From: Escherichia phage EcSzw_1 | Sequence record: MH791413.1 | Reading direction: 5' to 3' (one strand) | Length of the DNA stretch: 64,000 nucleotides | Shown: positions 59,936 to 64,000 of the stretch, one piece after another | How positions within the stretch are numbered: the stretch's first letter is position 1 | Layout: each line of letters begins with the position of its first letter | Translations under genes and position numbers: made by a program | The notes under the pieces: model-generated | What the model was told of the DNA's origin: nothing | The model's database searches: none | Seen by the model: only the letters and a program-made list of their open reading frames with translations

Positions 59936-59967
59936 GCTTGACAGCAGTATACATGTTTTTATATGAT

Positions 59968-59995
59968 GGGGCTACTTAATGGTAGTCCCTTTTTC
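59968..59995 (+). terminator. Hairpin plus T-tract between genes, with promoter-like hexamers upstream
   Basis: GGGGCTAC-ttaatg-GTAGTCCC then TTTTT; preceded by TTGACA (59938) N18 TATGAT (59962). Confidence 0.45.
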
Positions 59996-60013
59996 ATATG
60001 CGAGGAAAGTAAA

Positions 60014-60706
60014 ATGAAAGTACAAAAAGGTGATGTAATAGCTATTCGCGTCCTTCATGGTCTAGCAACAAAACATGACACAGTTTATGCTGACGTAACA
60101 TTTGTATCAGGTAATGGAAGAGTATACTTCAAACCAAGAGCTAATATGCGTTTTCTTGTTGACCGTCGCGGAAAGGTTGAGAATGGAATCTACGCTGGTC
60201 AAGTGTACTCAACCGATGAGTTTGGCAAAGGCATATTCACAGGTGCTTGGCGAGGTATTTTAACACTTGGGCTATGTACAAGTATGAAATCTGAAGAAGC
60301 TGAAGAAGTATGTGAAGAAACCTTTGAAGCACCTGTCATTAATGCTGAAGACCTCCCTAAACATGACTATGGTGCAGCACGTTTCACAACTAAGGCAGAT
60401 GCTAATGGGGCAGCTTCAGTAGTTGTCGACAAAGCCCAAGACTTCTTCAAAGCTTTCTCTTCAAGTAACCAACATCATCACCACTTCAATCCTCAAACAA
60501 AACTTGATTCAGTGTTGACTAGTAAATGTGAAGATGCTAAGAAGTTGGCTAAAGAGGTTTATGAAGCTTCTTTTACAGCAAGTGAAGTGATTGAAGAGAA
60601 TCAGTTTGAAAAGGTCATTCGTACAATGATGAAAGCTGGTTTAACACCTCATCAGATTGCTGAAGAGATTCAACGTCAGTTCTACAACGCTATGGTGAAC
60701 GAATGA
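60014..60706 (+). CDS. Hypothetical protein
   Basis: ATG 60014 with GAGGAAAG SD (MKVQKGD...). Confidence 0.5.
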   Translation: MKVQKGDVIAIRVLHGLATKHDTVYADVTFVSGNGRVYFKPRANMRFLVDRRGKVENGIYAGQVYSTDEFGKGIFTGAWRGILTLGLCTSMKSEEAEEVCEETFEAPVINAEDLPKHDYGAARFTTKADANGAASVVVDKAQDFFKAFSSSNQHHHHFNPQTKLDSVLTSKCEDAKKLAKEVYEASFTASEVIEENQFEKVIRTMMKAGLTPHQIAEEIQRQFYNAMVNE

Positions 60707-60924
60707 AAAAATTTACAACACTTGGTGAGTACTGGATGCTTGCTGCTACAGAATCATACAGGAAAGCCAAAAAGACTAAACAGTGCTATGGTAAGAAAGC
60801 TGAAGGTGACATTCTGTACTGCACAGTGTATGATGGAATGCCTCATGTTACACCAAGAGGTAAAGCTTTCAAACGTCTGATGGATATTGAGTGGAATGCT
60901 CGTTTAGAGAGGGTAGCAAAATGA
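60703..60924 (+). CDS. Hypothetical small protein
   Basis: 73-aa ORF. Confidence 0.45.
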   Translation: MKKFTTLGEYWMLAATESYRKAKKTKQCYGKKAEGDILYCTVYDGMPHVTPRGKAFKRLMDIEWNARLERVAK

Positions 60925-61427
60925 TTTATGAAGATAGCCGTGATGTAATTTCTTATCAGAAATCTCAACACCATGTCTCTATCAAGATTGTCAAACCTGA
61001 TGGTGAAGAAGGTGTTATCTCTCACTTTGGAGGAGACAATTGGTTTGGCACAGGGTGCTTTGAAGGTTACAGTAAAGAATATCTGAAAGCATTCTACCGA
61101 GACTTTAGCAGTGACTACAATGAACTGATTGAAGTGAAGAATAAGTGTACAGCCAGTGAGTACAAAGTCAGGGGTTGGGCTGGAATGATTCTGATGCTTG
61201 GCATTTTCCTTCTGATGATTTGTGCAATCTCCTTCATGGGCTTCTACACCCAAGATTTAACACTGAATCAGACCGAAAAGAAAATAGGTGAAATTTGGTT
61301 CTTGTATGTCCTTCCAATTGCTGGTATGATTGCTGCCTATTGGAGAATGAAGGTTCATAAGAAACGACTTGTGGATGCTGAGAATAAATTTGAAGAGGTA
61401 AGTAAAGAATGCAACCTAAGATTTTAG
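60921..61427 (+). CDS. Membrane protein, hypothetical
   Basis: ATG 60921 with SD; hydrophobic helices (GMILMLGIFLLMICAISFMGF). Confidence 0.5.
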   Translation: MIYEDSRDVISYQKSQHHVSIKIVKPDGEEGVISHFGGDNWFGTGCFEGYSKEYLKAFYRDFSSDYNELIEVKNKCTASEYKVRGWAGMILMLGIFLLMICAISFMGFYTQDLTLNQTEKKIGEIWFLYVLPIAGMIAAYWRMKVHKKRLVDAENKFEEVSKECNLRF

Positions 61428-61501
61428 CTGTATGTATCCGCTATGCAATTGCTGATATGATTAATCAAGCAATCCTGAAAGATGCTTATAAGGAGTGATA
61501 A

Positions 61502-61729
61502 ATGATTAAGACACCTATCCAGCCATTCGGCTTTAGCTCTCTTAACGAACTGAAAGAGCACCTTGATAAGAACTACTACAACGAACAACCTGTAACGGTT
61601 CTTAAAGCTGACCTTTCAAAACTTCTGGACATGGCTATTGAAGCTACTGTAGAATCAAAACCAGAAGTTGAGAAGAAAGCTGAAAAGAAAACGAAGAAGA
61701 CTGAGAAGAAATCTGAGGATTCTGAGTAA
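61502..61729 (+). CDS. Hypothetical small protein
   Basis: 75 aa, Lys/Glu-rich C-terminus. Confidence 0.45.
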   Translation: MIKTPIQPFGFSSLNELKEHLDKNYYNEQPVTVLKADLSKLLDMAIEATVESKPEVEKKAEKKTKKTEKKSEDSE

Positions 61730-61782
61730 AATCTTGAAGGGGTTACTTGATAGCCCCTCTTAACCAAACAAGGTAGCGAAAA

Positions 61783-62196
61783 ATGAAACACATAGTTGGT
61801 AAAGTTCTGAATGTCAAACATATATTGACTGGTGAGCATATAACTTCTGTCAAAGTTCAGAAAGTAAATGATGATGCTAACTACCCAATCTACTGTACTG
61901 TCATTGAAGATTTCATGGCTGCTGGTTTCCATCATGCAGAAGGTGAGTACTTAACGTTTGATAAAGAAGGTAAGTGGCGTGGCAAAAATCATTCAGATGC
62001 AAGTGATTTTGATATGATTCTGGATATTCCGTCAGGTGATTCTAAAACTGTTGAAATCTTGATGAGTGACTATGAAGAACAAGTTATGAAGGTTGCTGTA
62101 GACGTTGATATGGCTGTTGAACTGCTTTTACCACATCTGAAATCTGGTAAACTCTCTTTAGAAACTTTTGAGAAGATTGTTAAGGGTAAACTATGA
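61783..62196 (+). CDS. Hypothetical protein
   Basis: 137-aa ORF. Confidence 0.5.
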   Translation: MKHIVGKVLNVKHILTGEHITSVKVQKVNDDANYPIYCTVIEDFMAAGFHHAEGEYLTFDKEGKWRGKNHSDASDFDMILDIPSGDSKTVEILMSDYEEQVMKVAVDVDMAVELLLPHLKSGKLSLETFEKIVKGKL

Positions 62197-62660
62197 AACT
62201 TAAAGAAATCGTTCGCAAAGCAATGCTGGACAACTCCACTAAAGATGAGATGTACAAAGAAATCTGTGATAAGTTGAACTGTTCAAGACATGCTGCCAAG
62301 GTTCTTGTCGCAAGTTTTATCTGGGAGTGTTCAGAGGCTTATATGAACTATACAGCTTTTGAGAGTTCTCACTTGATAGGCGACATAAAGGTTGGTACAG
62401 AGTTCAAAGAGCCTGAAATGAAACCTTCAGTGAAAGTAGGTAACCTTTATCAGATTAAAGATTTCCAGACTGCACAGATTGTTGCAAAAGGTGAAGTAGA
62501 AGCTGTGTACAATGATGGTACATACCTCATTAAAATCTTTGAGTATGCTAAGTCATATGCTCACCTTTGTGGAATAAGATTTCTTGTGACGAAAGAAGAT
62601 TTAGTTATGTCATCTGGTGATAAAGCTTATGCTGTACCACATTATGAAATTGTACGATGA
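62193..62660 (+). CDS. Hypothetical protein
   Basis: 155-aa ORF. Confidence 0.5.
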   Translation: MKLKEIVRKAMLDNSTKDEMYKEICDKLNCSRHAAKVLVASFIWECSEAYMNYTAFESSHLIGDIKVGTEFKEPEMKPSVKVGNLYQIKDFQTAQIVAKGEVEAVYNDGTYLIKIFEYAKSYAHLCGIRFLVTKEDLVMSSGDKAYAVPHYEIVR

Positions 62661-63340
62661 AGAGTCTTATGGGACACCTTCGCAGGATGAATTGGACGAA
62701 CTTGAAAGATACGGTTCTCCTTCGGAAGAAGAAAAAGATTCAATCTGATGAATGGTCAAAACTTACTAAGAAGTGTTTTCAGGATTTGATAGATATGGAA
62801 AAACAATTTGAGTTAGAGAGAAAGTACTTGGTACTGAGTTTGGAAGATATTGATAACTATCTTTCACCAGAATGCAGAGACCAGCTTCAACAAATTGTAA
62901 TGTCACTGAGGCATTCAAGAGAACTTGTAGATGGTAAAGAGCCACTTGAAGGTATCTTTGTTAAGAACTCTTATCCGTTCTATAAAGATACTTTGCAGAA
63001 ACTTGAAATGTACGTTAAACAGCAGAATCGTAAAGAGTTCACTATGGTTTCTCTTGGTGGACAACAAATGCTTGTTATGGAGGATATCAATCCTAAACGA
63101 GTTAACAGAGGTGTTTGTATCAAGGTCACAGGTAAAGAAGAATTTGTTGATTATGACATACTCAGACATATTATAGATGGTTTGGGTGCTGTACTGAACA
63201 TGAATGAATACCATATTAGTTCACACCCAATTAAGGGTGACCAGATAATGATTCAGGTAAGAGAACGTCATAATGGGTTCACACACTTCTTCCAGACTTC
63301 TAAAACTTCATTGCAAGCTATGCTTAGTGAAGTGATGTAA
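62657..63340 (+). CDS. Hypothetical protein
   Basis: 227-aa ORF, last gene of rightward block. Confidence 0.5.
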   Translation: MKSLMGHLRRMNWTNLKDTVLLRKKKKIQSDEWSKLTKKCFQDLIDMEKQFELERKYLVLSLEDIDNYLSPECRDQLQQIVMSLRHSRELVDGKEPLEGIFVKNSYPFYKDTLQKLEMYVKQQNRKEFTMVSLGGQQMLVMEDINPKRVNRGVCIKVTGKEEFVDYDILRHIIDGLGAVLNMNEYHISSHPIKGDQIMIQVRERHNGFTHFFQTSKTSLQAMLSEVM

Positions 63341-63349
63341 AACTCTACA

Positions 63350-63396
63350 GCCCCTTAAAATGGATTCGATAGAATCTATCTCATAGGGGCTTTTTA
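63350..63396 (+). terminator. Rho-independent terminator with nested hairpin
   Basis: GCCCCT...AGGGGC stem enclosing GATTC/GAATC hairpin, then TTTTT. Confidence 0.6.
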
Positions 63397-63420
63397 TTGA
63401 GTAAAATAATTTTTATAAAA

Positions 63421-64000
63421 TTTGGATTCACTCCGTTCATCTTGGGTCACCATATCATGTGATAAAATATCTACCCTTCTTAACAGCCTACTTAATCTTA
63501 CTCTCTATATATATATAGTTATATAGTACTATATAGTATCTTAGTCCCTTAACAGTGAGTCTCTATAGCCCTCTGTATAACCCTTCTATAAAGCCCTATA
63601 AGCATCCCTCTTCCAAACCTATACAATCACCTTAACCATCTCTTCATAGCCCCTTAGAAGCCCCTATACCCATCTTAATCTCTATGTCAGAGATAGTACC
63701 CTCTATAGGGTGTTCACTAGGTTCTACTAATCCTCTATATAGACTGTTTTAGATAACTAAACAGGTATCACCTTCTAGTTGATTCGGTTGTTCTTAAGAA
63801 TCAACCTCTTAGGCTTATCCTACAAGGTCTAACACGTTATTAACAAGGTATCTTATAAGCCTGTATTTACCTGTTTTATACAGAATACTATATAGATATT
63901 TATGCAATTCTTAAAATTTTTATAAAATAGAACTGTCAAGTCATTTTTTAGGGTCTTGAGAGCAACTCAAAAATATCTGTTTAGGATGTATATCTGCTTG
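63421..64000. repeat. Non-coding region rich in short CTATA/TATAG-containing repeats and inverted repeats
   Basis: No ORF; about 10 degenerate (A)GCCC(C)TATA-like units at 63500-63740; IRs TTGATTC/GAATCAA, GGCTTAT/ATAAGCC; flanking AATTTTTATAAAAT direct repeat. Confidence 0.5.

Overview
This window reads as a segment of a lytic, tailed-phage genome (contractile-tail type: sheath and tube genes are present), about 38-40% GC. All calls are by eye from the sequence and ORF track; no searches were run. Leftward (minus) block 1-14316: nucleotide-metabolism and replication genes (partial anaerobic RNR nrdD, glutaredoxin-like protein, nrdB, nrdA, a GIY-YIG and an HNH-AP2 endonuclease, RNase H-like flap nuclease, SSB with acidic tail, primase-helicase, dNMP kinase). 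Rightward (plus) block 14574-23296: family-A DNA polymerase, small early ORFs including an HTH regulator and a secreted protein, ATP-dependent DNA ligase, DHFR and thymidylate synthase. Leftward structural module 23336-47100: two HxH-repeat tail fibers, baseplate and spike, tape measure, frameshifted tail chaperone pair, tube, sheath, major capsid, protease/scaffold, portal, large terminase. A leftward tRNA array (47323-53128) of about 27 hand-folded tRNAs appears to cover all 20 amino acids and carries an HNH endonuclease and two ORFs. Upstream of it sits a vWA-domain gene whose 5' end is split by a 52-nt segment flanked by a direct repeat. A rightward block 55555-63340 holds an endolysin and hypothetical proteins, two with a shared N-terminal domain and one with an Ig-like domain. 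The window ends in a repeat-rich non-coding region. Most unusual: three leucine-anticodon tRNAs without the long variable arm, the interrupted vWA gene beside non-tRNA structured elements in the array, and recurring TTGTCAAGT-N3-TTGTCAAC and GGTCTTCTG motif families.
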